Shown here one piece after another: positions 1 through 9,749 of a stretch of DNA of 64,000 bases. The first letter of the stretch is position 1. The number at the start of each line of letters is the position of its first letter. Position numbers and translations under genes: made by a program. The notes under the pieces are model-generated. The model saw only the letters and a program-made list of their open reading frames with translations. It was not told the DNA's origin and made no database searches. Origin of the DNA: Planctomycetota bacterium (GTDB lineage: Bacteria > Planctomycetota > GCA-002687715 > CAIWVZ01); NCBI GenBank assembly GCA_044222185.1, contig JBGANV010000001.1:320001-384000 (forward strand). The letters are read 5' to 3'.

Positions 1-1177
1 CGTCACGGGCGGGAAGATCACGTTCGTCGGTGGCCAGGCCCCGGGGGACCTATCGGGTGCGCGACACGTCCGGATCACGGATGCGGTCGTGACCCCCGGC
101 TTCATCGAAAGCGCATCCACCGTCGGCCTTCCGGGCGGCCTCTCCGAGAACGAGGAAGCGACTGAAGTCACTCCGTCGATCCGCGTCGCGCCCCTGCTCA
201 ACCCGCGGGACGAGGGCTTCCGCCGCCTCCGGGAAGTGGGCGTGACGACGGCCGTCGTCTGTCCCGGCAACCGGAACGTGATCGGCGGCATCGACGCGCT
301 CGTGAAGACGAAGGACTCGCATGTGGCGGCCGACCTCGTGGTGAAGCCCGAGGTGGCGTTGCACGCGGTGATGTCGTCCGAGCCCGCGTCAGGCAATTCG
401 TCCGCGCGGTTCGGCGGCATCGGGCTCTTCACGCGCCGGCCCAACTCCCGCATGGGGGTCGTGTTCGAGCTGCGACACGCATTCCTCGACGGCACGATCC
501 GCGGGCAGAAGGGTGCGCCCTCGTGGACTCGTTTCGACGACGACGAGGGCAACGTGATGATGTCGACGATCCGCGGCGAGCTGCCGGTGGAGATCGTCGC
601 GCACAATCAGAACGAGATCCTCACGGCCCTGCACATCACGGACGAGTTCCGCGTGCCGAAGTTCTACCTGCAGGGCGGCGTGGAGGCGTACGTGCTGCGT
701 GACCTGTTGGCGCGTCGAGGCGTCCCCGTGTTCATCGGCCCGATCTATCACCGCTCGCAGGTGCCGCTGGGCGTCTTCATCAGCCGTCACCAGGGCACCG
801 GGGGCCAGGTCGATGGGGCTCCGTTGTTCACGGAGAACGGCGGCGAAGTCGGCGCCCCGAGGATGTTGAAGGACGCGGGCGTGAAATTCGCGTTCTCGTG
901 TGGAACGAGCGCAGCCGGCGCGACGCTGCGTGACTACGCCTCGGCCGCGAGCCGGGCCGGCCTCCCGGAAGGCGATGCGATCGCCGCACTCACCGGATGG
1001 GCCGCGTCGATCCTCGGAGTCGCCGACCGTGTCGGCACGATCGCTCCAGGCAAGGACGCGGATCTGAACGTTTACTCGGGCGACCCGCTCTCGCCGGCGT
1101 CCCGATTGGAACTCGTGTTGATCGACGGTGCCGTGGTGTTCCGTGCGCCGGAAACGACGGCCAAGACGAAGGAGTGA
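1..1177 (+). CDS. Amidohydrolase-family (HutI/imidazolonepropionase-like) protein, 5' truncated by the window edge; metal site degenerate
   Basis: Frame open from position 2 (VTGGKITFVG...VTPGFIESAST). Contains GVTTAVVCPG and the C-terminal GTIAPGKDADL...VLIDG motif. HxH is replaced by SAS. Confidence 0.85.
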   Translation, partial: VTGGKITFVGGQAPGDLSGARHVRITDAVVTPGFIESASTVGLPGGLSENEEATEVTPSIRVAPLLNPRDEGFRRLREVGVTTAVVCPGNRNVIGGIDALVKTKDSHVAADLVVKPEVALHAVMSSEPASGNSSARFGGIGLFTRRPNSRMGVVFELRHAFLDGTIRGQKGAPSWTRFDDDEGNVMMSTIRGELPVEIVAHNQNEILTALHITDEFRVPKFYLQGGVEAYVLRDLLARRGVPVFIGPIYHRSQVPLGVFISRHQGTGGQVDGAPLFTENGGEVGAPRMLKDAGVKFAFSCGTSAAGATLRDYASAASRAGLPEGDAIAALTGWAASILGVADRVGTIAPGKDADLNVYSGDPLSPASRLELVLIDGAVVFRAPETTAKTKE

Positions 1178-1181
1178 TGAC

Positions 1182-2423
1182 GTGATCCGAAAGATCGCCC
1201 TGATCGGGTTCTGCCTGGCCGCCTCCATGGCCGCACAGGACCTCCTGGTGAAGAACGCCAAGCTCATCACGTGCACCGGGCCGGAATCGGCCACGCCCGT
1301 CGACGTTCGCGTCGAGAACGGGCGGATCACGAAGATCGAAGCCGCGATAAAGGCTCCCGCACGCACGCCGACGATCGATGCGAAGGGCAAGGTCGTGATG
1401 CCGGCGTTCGTCATGGCGCACACGTCGGAAGGCGTCGATCGCCCGAACGAGGTGATGGACGTCGTCCCCTTCGTCTCCGTGCTCGACTCCATCGATCCCA
1501 CGCGGCCGTTCTTCGACGACTGTCTGCGGGACGGCGTCTACACGATCAACATCATGCCGGCGGATCGCACGGTGATCGGCGGCATGGGCCGGATCCTCAG
1601 GCCGTTCGGGCGCGTCGTCGAGGACATGACGATCGTCCCCGACGCCGGGCTCAAGCTCTCCATGATTCCGCCGAGCGGCAACAGGGCTGCGCACATGGCG
1701 AAGCTACGCGCGGCGCTCGAGGACGCGCGGCGCTACCTCGATGGCAAGCAGCGCGACGCGGCCGAGTCCAAGCCGACGGGCAACGTCCAGTTCGACCTCG
1801 AGGCCATGTCGATCGAGCGTCGCAAGATGGCGTTGTCCCGCGTCCTGAAGAAGGAGCTTCCGACGTACGTGAGCTGCCAGGAGGCCGGCGACGTCTGGCG
1901 GGCGCTCTCGCTCGCGCAGGAATTCGACATCGACGTGCGATTGGTCCTCTGGCCCCAGTCCTGGCGCGCGGCGGCCATGGTCGCGAAGGCCAAGGTCCCC
2001 GTGATCCTCGCGCCGGACTTCGAGTCGGAGGAGATGGACCCGGATTCGGGCAAGATGACGACGCACATCCTTCCGAAGATCCTGTTCGATGCAGGCGTCG
2101 AGTTCTCCGTGACCGCGCGGCCATCGAACCTCGGCCAGCGTTACCTCTGGTACCAGGCGGCGTCACTGGTTCGCTACGGGATCCCGCGCGACGTGGCGCT
2201 GAAGTCCGTGACACTCACGGCGGCGAAGAACCTGGGCCTCGCCAAGTCCAAGGGTTCGCTCGAGGCGGGGAAGGACGCCGACCTGATCGTGTTGACGGCC
2301 GATCCTCTTTCCGGCGCGGCGTGGGTCGAAACGGGCGTCATCGAAGGTCGCGTCGTCTACGAGCGGCGCGCGGACAAGCACCTGGCGGAAGTCCTCGGCG
2401 TCGGCGGGACGGAAAAGAACTGA
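1182..2423 (+). CDS. Secreted amidohydrolase-family protein, degenerate metal site
   Basis: GTG start after GGAG; signal peptide MIRKIALIGFCLAASMAAQ; MPAFVMAHTS keeps only one His; GSLEAGKDADL motif. Confidence 0.85.
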   Translation: MIRKIALIGFCLAASMAAQDLLVKNAKLITCTGPESATPVDVRVENGRITKIEAAIKAPARTPTIDAKGKVVMPAFVMAHTSEGVDRPNEVMDVVPFVSVLDSIDPTRPFFDDCLRDGVYTINIMPADRTVIGGMGRILRPFGRVVEDMTIVPDAGLKLSMIPPSGNRAAHMAKLRAALEDARRYLDGKQRDAAESKPTGNVQFDLEAMSIERRKMALSRVLKKELPTYVSCQEAGDVWRALSLAQEFDIDVRLVLWPQSWRAAAMVAKAKVPVILAPDFESEEMDPDSGKMTTHILPKILFDAGVEFSVTARPSNLGQRYLWYQAASLVRYGIPRDVALKSVTLTAAKNLGLAKSKGSLEAGKDADLIVLTADPLSGAAWVETGVIEGRVVYERRADKHLAEVLGVGGTEKN

Positions 2424-2424
2424 A

Positions 2425-5262
2425 ATGAAGCGTGTGATCCTGGCGCTCTTCGCAACGGTCACGGGCTTCGTGTCGGCCCAGGACGCTGCCCCAGCGACGA
2501 TGGTGATCAAGGCCGGCGCGGTCTGGCTCGCGCCCGACCGGGTTCAGACCAACGCCGCCATCGTGATCGAGAAGGGGACGATCACGTCCATCGGCCCGTC
2601 GGCGACGGTAGCCGTACCCGCCGGAGCCGAAGTGATCGACCTGCCGCAGGGGACGGTCACCGCATCGCTCGTCCTCGCGCACCTGCGCCCGGCGGGCGTG
2701 CAAGCCGACCCGACGGCGATGGTCACGCCGACGGCGATCGCGGCGGACGCGTTCGACCCGTTCGTCCCGCAGCCCGCCCTGACGCGCGGCGGCATCGGGA
2801 TCGCCTACCTCAGCCCGGGCGCCGAGCGGCTCGTGACCGGTCAAGGCTCGGTGGTCCGGATCGGCGTCCTCGATCCGGCCACGGCGGTGATCACACGGCG
2901 CGCGTCCCTCCGCTGCAACGTCGGCGAGGGGCCGCGTTCCACGCCGTCCATCTTCAAGCCTCCCGTGCTGCCGGGACCCGACGATCCGTTCAAGCCGACG
3001 GAGCCGCAGGGGCCGAAGACACGCGCAGCCGCCATCGCCGGCCTGCGTTCCCTGTTCACGAAGGCGCAAGCTGAACGGAAATCGCCGCAGGCCCCGGCCG
3101 AGGACGACGTCGATCTGCGCCCGTTCATCGACGCGCTCGAGGGCAAGCTCGTCGTGCGCGTCGCCGCTGACCGCGAGGCGGACATCACGCGCGTGATCGA
3201 CCTCGCCCGCGAGTTCAAGCTCAAGCTCGTGATCGAGGGCGGCAACGAGGCAGGCGCCGTCGCTGCGCAGTTGAAGGACATCGACGCGGCCGTCGTGCTT
3301 CGGGTTACCGATCTGGCTCCCGTGGGCCGGTCGGACCTGGCGCCCATGTTCCGCGCAGCGGGAGAGGGCGACCCGACGACGCCGCGCCGGCTCGCAGCCG
3401 CGGGCGTTCGATTCGCGATCATCCCGCCCACGGACGCCGAGGCCTCGAACCTGGCACTCTGGGCAGCGAAGACGGTCGCCTGGGGACTCGGTCCGCAGGA
3501 CGCGTTCGCCGCGATCACCACCCGCGCCGCGGAGGTGATCGGGGCCGACAAGGCCGTCGGTTCATTGGCTCCGAACCGCGTCGCCGACCTCGTCGCATGG
3601 CCGGGGAGCCCGTTCGACGTCACCGCCAGACCGAGGCTCGTCCTGGCACAGGGACGCCTGACGCACCGCGCGAAGTCGCGAGACGACCTCGTGGCCATCA
3701 CGGCACGGCGGATCCACACGTGCAACGGCGACGCCATCGACAATGCGACGATCGTCGTCGATCAGGGCAAGATCCGCAGCGTCGGGCGCGACGTCGCCAT
3801 TCCCCCGGATGCGAGGCGCTTCGTCTACCCGGATGCCGTGATCGTTCCCGGGTTCGTCGATGGCGGTACGCAGGTCGGTATCCGCGGATACCAGCTGATC
3901 TCCGACGACGCCATCGAGCCCACACCGCCGCTCGGAGCGCTCGGGCTCGAGCAGTTCCCGTCGAAGTACTTCGACGTCGAACTGCCGTCCGTGCGCGCCG
4001 CCGCTGCGGCCGGAGTCACGACCGTCGCGTTGTCCCCGGGCCTCGGTCGACTCACGGCTGGCACCGTCTCCGTCGTGAAGACGAGCGGTGCACGCGCTGA
4101 CCGGCTGTCGAAGATCGGCGGCGTCCTGTTCGACATGCGGGCGCTCGCGCCGGGTGAGTCCACCCGAAAGCAGATCGACTCCGTTCTCGAGAGCGGCAAG
4201 AAGTACCACGAGTCCTGGGTTGCCTACGAGAAGGCTCTCGACGAGTGGAAGAAGGGCAAGAAGCCGGACGACAAGCAGGATCGCGTCGTCGGGGCCGTGA
4301 AGGCGCCACGTCCGCGTGACCCCGTGAGCGGCTCCTGGTCGGGCAACGTCCGCGTTTCGATCATCCCGCGGCCGATTCCGTTTTCGATGACGCTGAAGCT
4401 GGACGGGACGAAGGTCACGGGCAGCATCACGTCGCAGATGTCACGCGGGCGCAGCGTGGACTTCTCCGGTCATTTCCAGGACGGGCAGCTGTCGGCGGAA
4501 TTCGACACGGAGAACCAGCACATCACGATCACGGCGACGGTCGGGCGCGACTCCATGAGCGGGTCGGCGCGGCTCGGCGAGGGAATCGAGGCCACGTTCG
4601 ATGCGACCCGCACCGAGGGTGGCGGCGAAGCGGACTCCGACAAGCCGGCGGACGACAAGTCGAAGGACGACAAGAAGAGCGACAAGGACGACGGCCGTCC
4701 CAAGCCACCGGCCAAGGTCGAGGCGCAGGAACCCTTCCGCGAGATCTTCGCGGATCGTGCGTCGGCGTTCGTCGCGGTCGTGGACGATCAGATCGTCGAC
4801 GCCGTCATCGACGTCTTCCGCACGAAGTACGACGTCCGCGTCGTGATCGTGACGACGCAGGACATCCGGCACTTCGCCGGACGCCTCGGTGCGGCCGGGG
4901 TGGCACTCGCGCCGACTGCCGCGTCGATTCGCGAAGAGGAGGGCGTCCTCATCAACCCGGCCCTCATCGGCGTCCAGGCCAAGATGCCCGTGCTCTTCCG
5001 CTCCGGCCCCGACGGGGACTCGAGAACGCTCTACCGCATCGCCGAGATGGCCGTTCGCGACGGCGTCGACCCGGAAGATGCCCTTCGAATGATCACTCGA
5101 CAGCCCGCACGGTTCCTGGGAATGCTCGATCGCGTCGGAAGTCTCGAGCGCGGCAAGGACGCGGATCTCGTGATCCTCTCCGGAGAGCCATTCAATGGAA
5201 CCACGCGCGTCACGCGCGTGATGGTCGACGGTCGATTTGTTGACGAGGAGACGACGAAATGA
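2425..5262 (+). CDS. Secreted protein with two amidohydrolase-fold domains and an inserted all-beta domain
   Basis: Signal peptide; two units ending GSLAPNRVADLV and GSLERGKDADLV; HxH equivalents are LAHLR and VDGGTQ; beta-rich insert DPVSGSWSG...FDATR. Confidence 0.85.
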   Translation: MKRVILALFATVTGFVSAQDAAPATMVIKAGAVWLAPDRVQTNAAIVIEKGTITSIGPSATVAVPAGAEVIDLPQGTVTASLVLAHLRPAGVQADPTAMVTPTAIAADAFDPFVPQPALTRGGIGIAYLSPGAERLVTGQGSVVRIGVLDPATAVITRRASLRCNVGEGPRSTPSIFKPPVLPGPDDPFKPTEPQGPKTRAAAIAGLRSLFTKAQAERKSPQAPAEDDVDLRPFIDALEGKLVVRVAADREADITRVIDLAREFKLKLVIEGGNEAGAVAAQLKDIDAAVVLRVTDLAPVGRSDLAPMFRAAGEGDPTTPRRLAAAGVRFAIIPPTDAEASNLALWAAKTVAWGLGPQDAFAAITTRAAEVIGADKAVGSLAPNRVADLVAWPGSPFDVTARPRLVLAQGRLTHRAKSRDDLVAITARRIHTCNGDAIDNATIVVDQGKIRSVGRDVAIPPDARRFVYPDAVIVPGFVDGGTQVGIRGYQLISDDAIEPTPPLGALGLEQFPSKYFDVELPSVRAAAAAGVTTVALSPGLGRLTAGTVSVVKTSGARADRLSKIGGVLFDMRALAPGESTRKQIDSVLESGKKYHESWVAYEKALDEWKKGKKPDDKQDRVVGAVKAPRPRDPVSGSWSGNVRVSIIPRPIPFSMTLKLDGTKVTGSITSQMSRGRSVDFSGHFQDGQLSAEFDTENQHITITATVGRDSMSGSARLGEGIEATFDATRTEGGGEADSDKPADDKSKDDKKSDKDDGRPKPPAKVEAQEPFREIFADRASAFVAVVDDQIVDAVIDVFRTKYDVRVVIVTTQDIRHFAGRLGAAGVALAPTAASIREEEGVLINPALIGVQAKMPVLFRSGPDGDSRTLYRIAEMAVRDGVDPEDALRMITRQPARFLGMLDRVGSLERGKDADLVILSGEPFNGTTRVTRVMVDGRFVDEETTK

Positions 5263-6512
5263 TCCGTTTGCGTTCCTGTCTCCTGGCAGTCTTCGCGCTG
5301 CTCGTACCGAGCGTCGCACAGGAGTCGCGCAACGCGACGCCGAACGACGCCTGGCGCGCGATCGTGCACGGGCGCGTTCTTCCCGTCACGTCGGCGCCCA
5401 TCGACGACGGCGTCGTCCTCATCCACGGCAAGAAGATCGCGGCGGTCGGGGCCTTCGGCTCGGTCGAGATACCCGCGGGCGCGGAGATCATCGACGCGAC
5501 GAACCACCTCGTGGTGCCGGGCTTCATCGAGATGCACAACCACACGGGCATCTCCGACGCGCACGACATCGTGTTCCAGGTGAACCCGGAACTCCGCGTC
5601 GTGGACAACATCCAGTTCCGCACGGGTGAGATGAAGACCGCCGTCGCGGGCGGAATGACCACACTCATGGCGATCCCCGGGTCCGGCACCAACATGGGCG
5701 GATTCGGCGTCGTCATGAAGACTTGGGGTCGCACGCCGGAGGACGTCATCGTCCGCTTCCCCGGATCGTTGAAGATCGCGCAGGCCGGCAACCCGGAGCG
5801 GTTCGGCGGTGAGGTGGGCGCGGGCCGCATGGGCATGAACTGGCTCATCCGCAACGTGCTGATCGAAGGCCGCGAATACAACCGCGCGTGGGAGCGATAC
5901 GAGAAGGGCGAGACGAAGACCGCGCCGGAGAAGAACCTCCGCTACGAGATGCTCCGCGGGCTGTTCCGGAAGGAGTACCCGATCACGGTGCACACGCAGT
6001 GGTTCCAGGTCGTCCAGTCGACGATCCGGATCCTCAAGCGCGAGCTGAACCTCGACCCGGTCGTCGATCACGGCGAGTGGGAGGGGTACATGAACACGCC
6101 GGAGCTGCACGAGCTGGGGATCCAGGTCGCTGCTGGTCCGCGCGGGTACGACTACGATCGCCGGCAGGCGCGGTTCATCGGAATTCCAGCGGCCTATTAC
6201 TGGCGCGGCATCGACGAGGATTCGATCGGTGTCAACACCGACGCGCCGGTCGTTCCGCAGGAAGAGCTGCCCTATCAGGTGAGCATGGCGATCCGGCTGG
6301 GGCTGCCCGAGGACGTGGCGTTGAAGTCGGTGACGATCAACCCCGCCCGGATGCTCAAGCTCGAGAAGCGCATCGGCAGCCTCGAGCCCGGCAAGGACGC
6401 GGACGTTTGCGTCTGGACCGGCGACCCGTTCGACCCCAGGCATCGCACACAGGTGGTGATCATCGATGGAGACGTGGCCTATGACGCGGCGCGCGATGGC
6501 ATCCGCTTCTGA
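5259..6512 (+). CDS. Secreted amidohydrolase with an intact binuclear metal-site motif set
   Basis: PGFIEMHNH (HxH), SLKIAQAGNP (Lys), TVHTQ, DHGEW, NTDAP and GSLEPGKDADV; signal peptide; ATGA overlap with the upstream gene. Confidence 0.9.
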   Translation: MIRLRSCLLAVFALLVPSVAQESRNATPNDAWRAIVHGRVLPVTSAPIDDGVVLIHGKKIAAVGAFGSVEIPAGAEIIDATNHLVVPGFIEMHNHTGISDAHDIVFQVNPELRVVDNIQFRTGEMKTAVAGGMTTLMAIPGSGTNMGGFGVVMKTWGRTPEDVIVRFPGSLKIAQAGNPERFGGEVGAGRMGMNWLIRNVLIEGREYNRAWERYEKGETKTAPEKNLRYEMLRGLFRKEYPITVHTQWFQVVQSTIRILKRELNLDPVVDHGEWEGYMNTPELHELGIQVAAGPRGYDYDRRQARFIGIPAAYYWRGIDEDSIGVNTDAPVVPQEELPYQVSMAIRLGLPEDVALKSVTINPARMLKLEKRIGSLEPGKDADVCVWTGDPFDPRHRTQVVIIDGDVAYDAARDGIRF

Positions 6513-7785
6513 TCGGTGGCGGCATGTCGCCGTCGCACTCTGCATGCTCGCGGGCTCGGCGCTCGTCGCCCAGGACGCCGTCAGGCCGACGGCGATTCGG
6601 GTACATCGTGCCCTGACCGTATCCGGCGCGCCCATCGAGGACGCGACGATCGTCATCGAAGACGGCAAGATCACGGCCATCGGCAAGAGCGCCGACGTGA
6701 CCGTTCCGGAGGACGCGGAGGTCCTGGAGGCCGACGTGGCCACTCCGGGATTCATCCACCCGTTCTCGACCGCCTTCGTGGCGCAACAGAACTACGACGT
6801 CAACGGGAAGAACAGCAACGGAGATCGCTTCGTTGCCGACGATCTCCGACCGAACTGGGACGGAGTGAAGGCCCTGGCGCGTGCGGGCTTCACGCGGCTG
6901 AACGTCGTCACCTCGGACGGGGGGATCGCGCCGACGAGCGTTCTCATCAAGACGATCGCAAAGCAGGATCGGCCGATCCGCCCTGAGATGATCATCGTGC
7001 AGCGCCGCTCGGCGCTGATCGCGGGCTTCGAGCCGCGAACGAGCACGAAGGCATTCTGGAAGGACTTGCTGCCCAAGGCGAAGAAGGCCAAGGAAGGCCG
7101 CGCGGCGGCGCCCAAGGGTGAGGCAGAGAAGCCCGCGTCGTCCGCCACCGAGTCCAAGCCCGGCGCGGAATCGAAGCCGGGAGATGCGAGTCGCCCGGCG
7201 TCCCGTCCGGCGGCGGCTCCGCCCGACGCCAAGCTGGTCCCGCTCGTCGACTACCTCGACGGCAAGCTGCCGGCGATCCTTTCGCTACAGGGCGCTGGGG
7301 CGGTGATGCACCTTCAAGCGATCCTGAAGGAGAACGCGGAGTTTCGGCCCACGCTCTTCTTCTTCGGCGAGGACGCGTGGCGAGTCGTCGACCGGGTGAA
7401 GGAACTCGGGATGCCGGTCATCCTCCCGACGGCGCTTCGAGACAAGCCGGACACGATCATCGAAGTGGTTCCGCCGCGCGAATTCCTCGATGCCGGCGTA
7501 GCCGTCGCGCTCGTCCCGGAGAACGGTTTCCAGCAGGAGTACACGGGCTTCGCATTCCACGTCGGCGAACTCGTCCGCCGCGGAGTGGACCCGGCGCAGG
7601 CGCTGCGCGCCGTGACGCTGACCCCCGCCGAGATCCTTGGGATCCAGTCTGAGGTCGGGTCGCTGGAGAAGGGCAAGGCGGGCGACGTCCTGCTTTGGAC
7701 CGGCGCGCCGTTCGAGCCGACGTCCAGGCTGCTGCGGGTGGTCGTGGGCGGCGAGACGGTCCTCGATGTGAGCAAGGAGCAGTGA
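6481..7785 (+). CDS. Secreted amidohydrolase-family protein, degenerate metal site
   Basis: ATG after GGAG (alternative start 6496); hydrophobic signal ending LVAQ; TPGFIHPFST; GSLEKGKAGDV; internal ESKP/ASRP repeats. Confidence 0.8.
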   Translation: MTRRAMASASDRWRHVAVALCMLAGSALVAQDAVRPTAIRVHRALTVSGAPIEDATIVIEDGKITAIGKSADVTVPEDAEVLEADVATPGFIHPFSTAFVAQQNYDVNGKNSNGDRFVADDLRPNWDGVKALARAGFTRLNVVTSDGGIAPTSVLIKTIAKQDRPIRPEMIIVQRRSALIAGFEPRTSTKAFWKDLLPKAKKAKEGRAAAPKGEAEKPASSATESKPGAESKPGDASRPASRPAAAPPDAKLVPLVDYLDGKLPAILSLQGAGAVMHLQAILKENAEFRPTLFFFGEDAWRVVDRVKELGMPVILPTALRDKPDTIIEVVPPREFLDAGVAVALVPENGFQQEYTGFAFHVGELVRRGVDPAQALRAVTLTPAEILGIQSEVGSLEKGKAGDVLLWTGAPFEPTSRLLRVVVGGETVLDVSKEQ

Positions 7786-9302
7786 TGCGTCGCTTCGTCA
7801 TGATCAGCGCGCTACTTCTCGCGGCTGCGGCCAGCGCCGTTGCGCAGGTTCCGGACTCGCGGCCGGAGTCGCGTCCGGGGTCCCGTCCCGTGATCGGCGA
7901 CCAGCGCGACGGCGGCGGCGAGCCGACCTCGCGCCCGCGCGGCGGCCGGCGGCGCCCAGGTGGCGGCCAGCCCATCGGGGCGGAATCGCGCGCGGCGCGT
8001 GACCTCGCCCAATCGGAAACCCGTCCGGACTCTCGCGCCGAATCGAAGCCCGCGGAGAGCCCGTTCATCGCCTTCGTCAACGGCACCATCCACCAGGTGA
8101 GTGGTCCCGTAATCCGCCAGGGCACGGTGCTCGTGAAGGATGACAAGATCATCCAGGTCGGGCGGAACGTACAGATTCCAGACGGCGCGCGCATCGTCGA
8201 CGTCAACGACAAACACGTCGCACCGGGGTTCGTCGCGTTGCGGTCCAGCGGGACGTTCGGTGGCGGCTTCGCGCCGCGCGGCGAGCAGGAGAAGCTCTCG
8301 GATCAGGCCGACCCGTTCAGCCAGAGCATGCTGATGGCCGTCGCGCACGGGATCACGACCGCGTGCGAGGGAGGTAACGGCTCTCCCGTCGGGCAGGTCG
8401 GTGGGTTCATCGGCAAGCACGCGTACGGAAGCGTCGACGGCATGTACCTCCGCGATCCCGCGGCGGTCTTCCTCACCTATGGTCAGGGCAGCATCTCGGA
8501 TCGGATGCAGACTCGCGACATCCTGAAGAAGGCGGTCGAGTACCGACAGAAGCGCAACGCTTACGTCGCCGAGGTCATGGGCGGAAAGAAGGATGCGAAG
8601 GCTCCGACCGGCGACGAGGGCGCGAAGTTGTTCCTCCGCGTCATGGACGGCGAGCTCCCATGCTTCGTGAATGCATCGACCGGACCGGAGCTGCAGGCGA
8701 TTGCCGACCTCGCCACCGAGTTCGAGCTTCCCATGGTTGTGCTCGACGGTCGCGAGGCGTGGACGATGACGGATCGGCTGGCTCGAGCGCCGCTCAGCTT
8801 CATCCTGTCGCCGCGCGTCCGCGGGCCAGCCGGTCCGGCCGGCAACGAGGCGCGGGACTTCACGGAGAAGCCCAGCGGGTGGAGCATCACCAACGCGGCC
8901 GTGCTCGAGCGCGCCGGCATCCCGTGGGGGATTCAGGCCCTTTCCGGATTCGTCGGCACGGGCGGGTTGCCCGGGCGCGATCTCATGCAGCTCAACATGG
9001 ACGCGGCGTTCGCCATCCGGGGTGGCGCCAGTGATGCGATGGCGCTGCGGGCCATCACGTTGTCGGCCGCCGAGATCCTCAAGATCCAGGACCGGGTCGG
9101 GAGCCTGTCGCCCGGAAAGGACGCCGACATCGTCGTCTTCGACCTCGAACCACTCGACTACCGCGCGTTCGCCGAGCGCGTCTACGTGAACGGCAAGCTC
9201 GTCTACGAGAAGGACAAGGTGTCGCTCTTCAACCACATCCAGACGGACCGCTCGAAGGGTCTGAAGGGTCAGTGGTGGAACGAGCGCCTGGACCAGAAAT
9301 AG
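7785..9302 (+). CDS. Secreted amidohydrolase-family protein, degenerate metal site
   Basis: TGATG coupling; signal peptide MRRFVMISALLLAAAASAVAQ; DSRP/ESRP-rich N-terminus; APGFVALRSS lacks HxH; GSLSPGKDADIV. Confidence 0.85.
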   Translation: MRRFVMISALLLAAAASAVAQVPDSRPESRPGSRPVIGDQRDGGGEPTSRPRGGRRRPGGGQPIGAESRAARDLAQSETRPDSRAESKPAESPFIAFVNGTIHQVSGPVIRQGTVLVKDDKIIQVGRNVQIPDGARIVDVNDKHVAPGFVALRSSGTFGGGFAPRGEQEKLSDQADPFSQSMLMAVAHGITTACEGGNGSPVGQVGGFIGKHAYGSVDGMYLRDPAAVFLTYGQGSISDRMQTRDILKKAVEYRQKRNAYVAEVMGGKKDAKAPTGDEGAKLFLRVMDGELPCFVNASTGPELQAIADLATEFELPMVVLDGREAWTMTDRLARAPLSFILSPRVRGPAGPAGNEARDFTEKPSGWSITNAAVLERAGIPWGIQALSGFVGTGGLPGRDLMQLNMDAAFAIRGGASDAMALRAITLSAAEILKIQDRVGSLSPGKDADIVVFDLEPLDYRAFAERVYVNGKLVYEKDKVSLFNHIQTDRSKGLKGQWWNERLDQK

Positions 9303-9313
9303 CGCGTACCGCC

Positions 9314-9590
9314 GGAGCGCCGCGTTTCACGCGGCCGGATGGCAGGGCTCCGCCCTGCCGGGAACGGCGACGGGCATCGAGCGGTTGCAGGGCGACGGGC
9401 CGGCGACACTCGCGGCCGGGCTGAAGCCCTGCCGAACCGGCTACGCTGGAGCGCCGCGTTTCACGCGGCCGGATGGCAGGGCTCTGCCCTGCCGGGAACG
9501 GCGACGGGCATCGAGTGGTTGCAGGGCGACGGGGCCGGCGACACTCGCGGCCGGGCTGGGGCCCGGCCGAACCGGCCACGCTGGAGCGTG
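9314..9590. repeat. Tandem ~134-bp palindrome-rich repeat (two copies plus the start of a third), REP/BIME-like
   Basis: Units start with GGAGCG at 9314, 9448 and 9583. Hairpins include GCCGCG-TTTCA-CGCGGC, GGCAGGGC-TCC-GCCCTGCC and CGGCCGGGC-TGAA-GCCCTGCCG. Confidence 0.85.
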
Positions 9591-9749
9591 GCGCTCCGGG
9601 GTGTCAGCGGGAGGCGATCCGTCGACCGCGCAATGGCGATAGGGCGCAGCGGCGATCTCGTTCGTATCCTTCGGCGGCGCCGGCCCGTCCGGCGTCGGGT
9701 CTGACTGGGCTCGGATGGGAACCTCCGCGCCGCAACCGGAGAGCTCGTG

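Noticed and set aside
9314-9600. CRISPR array
   Set aside because: The whole 134-bp unit repeats, there are no unique spacers, and no cas genes are present.
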